From contig CAXXKT010000001.1 of NCBI GenBank assembly GCA_963662405.2, positions 2,592,001-2,656,000 on the forward strand: 64,000 bases of DNA. Direction: 5' to 3'. The notes under the pieces were generated by a model, which saw nothing but the letters and a program-made list of their open reading frames with translations, was not told where the DNA came from and ran no database searches. Source of the stretch: Syntrophales bacterium. GTDB lineage: Bacteria; Desulfobacterota; Syntrophia; Syntrophales; UBA2210. Shown in pieces: positions 62,817 through 64,000 of this stretch (within the stretch, counting starts at the first letter, position 1; each line of letters starts with the position of its first letter). The translations under genes and the position numbers were made by a program.

Positions 62817-63161
62817 TTACATGAGGCCCCTTTCGTGGTATCGGCACTCACGTGGATGGTAGCGCTTCGGCGCCCTGTGTCCCTGGCACAGGTTTACGGG
62901 AGTTGCACCTCCCGGAATACCGTCCACCCTGCTTTTTCCCTTCAATACAAACCGTCAGTTATCTCTTTCGGATCTCACCTCCTCCCGATCGGCATTCCCT
63001 TTTGCCATTTACATAGGAGAATCGTTCGTGGTACAGAGACTCACGTGGACAGCAGCGCCGTGATGCCCTGTTCTCTACCCCAGGTATTCCGGGAGTTTCC
63101 CAACAGCTCCCGGAATACCCTCCTTTCTTCCTTTTTCGCTTCAGTACAAACCATCGGTCAT
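62806..63161. repeat. Diverged tandem repeat, ~155-bp units, period ~192
   Basis: CCATTTACAT..TTCGTGGTA..ACTCACGTGGA..CGGGAG..CTCCCGGAATACC..TACAAACC occurs at 62806-62962 and 62998-63161. Confidence 0.75.
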
Positions 63162-64000
63162 ACGGCCTTCTTCCCGGCCTCTTGCCAGCTTCGCCTTCTC
63201 ACCGGTGAGCCGTTCCCACCGCTTCACGATCACGTCGCAGTAGACGGGGGTCTTCTCCATCGTGTTGCAGGCACGTCCCATCTGCTCGCACGCCATCAGG
63301 GTCGTTCCGGATCCGCCGAACCCGTCCAGGACGAGTATGTCAGGGCTGTTCGGCGTGCTGTTCCGGATCATCCTGCCGACCAGGGGGATGGGTTTCTGCG
63401 TGGGATGGAGGGGGTTCCGGGATTGGCGGTCCTCTCGCAGAACGGTGGCGGCCTCACATCGCCGCATCTCCTTCACCAGTTCCACGAGCTCCGCGCGTTT
63501 CATCCGGGAGATGTCCGCCTCCTCGTCGATCACGGTCGTCAATGAGTAGTCCATGCAGAAGTAGTGGGCCCGTCCCGGTTTCCATCCGTACAGGATGGGC
63601 TCGTGTTTCCAGTTGTAGTCCTGCCGACCGAGAACGGCTCCGTTCTTGACCCAGATCAGGCACTGCTTGAGGAGGAAGCCCGCCTCGATGACGGCGCTCC
63701 GGAAGGTCAGTCCCCCGATGTCGGAATGGGAGACGTAAAAGCAGCTGCCCTCCCGGGTGTGGGTGTAGATGTTGCGGAAAGCGGCTGTGATCATCTCCCG
63801 GAACCGTTCAGGGGGAAGGTTGTCGTTCTCAATGCCCTCGCCGCGGTCGTTGTGATAGTCGACGTTGTAGGGGGGATCCGTCCAGACCAGATCGGCGAGA
63901 CGTCCTTCCATCAGAATGGCCATCGCGCCGGCGTCGCTGCTGTCGCCGCAGAAGAGGCGGTGCCTCCCCAGGAGGTAGAGGTCCCCCGGACGGGTGATGG
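63141..64000 (-). CDS. Phage DNA methyltransferase (N6A/N4C), 5' end outside window
   Basis: GRHRLFCGDS, TDPPYN, HPTQKP, VLDGFGGSGTT. Confidence 0.92.
   Translation of the reverse strand, partial: ITRPGDLYLLGRHRLFCGDSSDAGAMAILMEGRLADLVWTDPPYNVDYHNDRGEGIENDNLPPERFREMITAAFRNIYTHTREGSCFYVSHSDIGGLTFRSAVIEAGFLLKQCLIWVKNGAVLGRQDYNWKHEPILYGWKPGRAHYFCMDYSLTTVIDEEADISRMKRAELVELVKEMRRCEAATVLREDRQSRNPLHPTQKPIPLVGRMIRNSTPNSPDILVLDGFGGSGTTLMACEQMGRACNTMEKTPVYCDVIVKRWERLTGEKAKLARGREEGRMTDGLY

Larger units (their letters stand above)
59259..64000 (-). mobile_element. Prophage remnant (packaging module, no portal/capsid downstream)
   Basis: Co-oriented GC-rich MTase, terS-like and terL genes; abrupt switch to AT-rich island DNA below ~59.2 kb. 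Confidence 0.8.

Noticed and set aside
34500..64000. CRISPR array or cas genes
   Set aside because: No regularly spaced short repeats or Cas motifs seen; the recurring module is long, dispersed and divergent.

Overview
Chromosomal window from a probable Deltaproteobacterium (Desulfobacterota/Syntrophales-like gene order; taxonomy is inference). Bases 1-34.3 kb are GC-rich housekeeping genes: pyk, pgi, ligA, an EF-G paralog, carD-PIN/TRAM-ispD-ispF-pgk-truA-rfbD, mutL-miaA-valS-nadC-birA-coaX, trmFO-topA-dprA and a large Ig/BACON-like exported protein. These end in tRNA-Arg(TCT) and tRNA-His(GTG). An IHF consensus and tandem TGACTACA repeats just after tRNA-His mark the probable end of an integrated element. 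From ~34.5 to 59.2 kb lies a mosaic, mostly AT-rich defence-type island. It holds a HEPN-like gene plus an Ntn-peptidase-like gene, intact IS630 and IS3 elements, an AbiE-type type IV TA pair, and a 1303-aa Rad50/RloC-like ATPase with HEPN-like and tandem LexA/S24-like domains. It also holds integron-type cassettes with attC sites but no visible integrase, a Gabija-like pair, and a dual-OB/DUF488/DUF488 trio packaged as one cassette. Four diverged copies of a ~340-bp non-coding module punctuate the island. The module comprises a sigma70 promoter, a variable segment, a conserved SD-ATG-Val/Ala-TGA minigene and a terminator, and in two copies it starts exactly at an attC GTT crossover. From 59.2 kb to the end is a truncated lambda-like prophage packaging region (MTase, small terminase-like gene, GpA terminase) with no portal or capsid genes following. 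All calls come from manual motif reading; no database searches were run.
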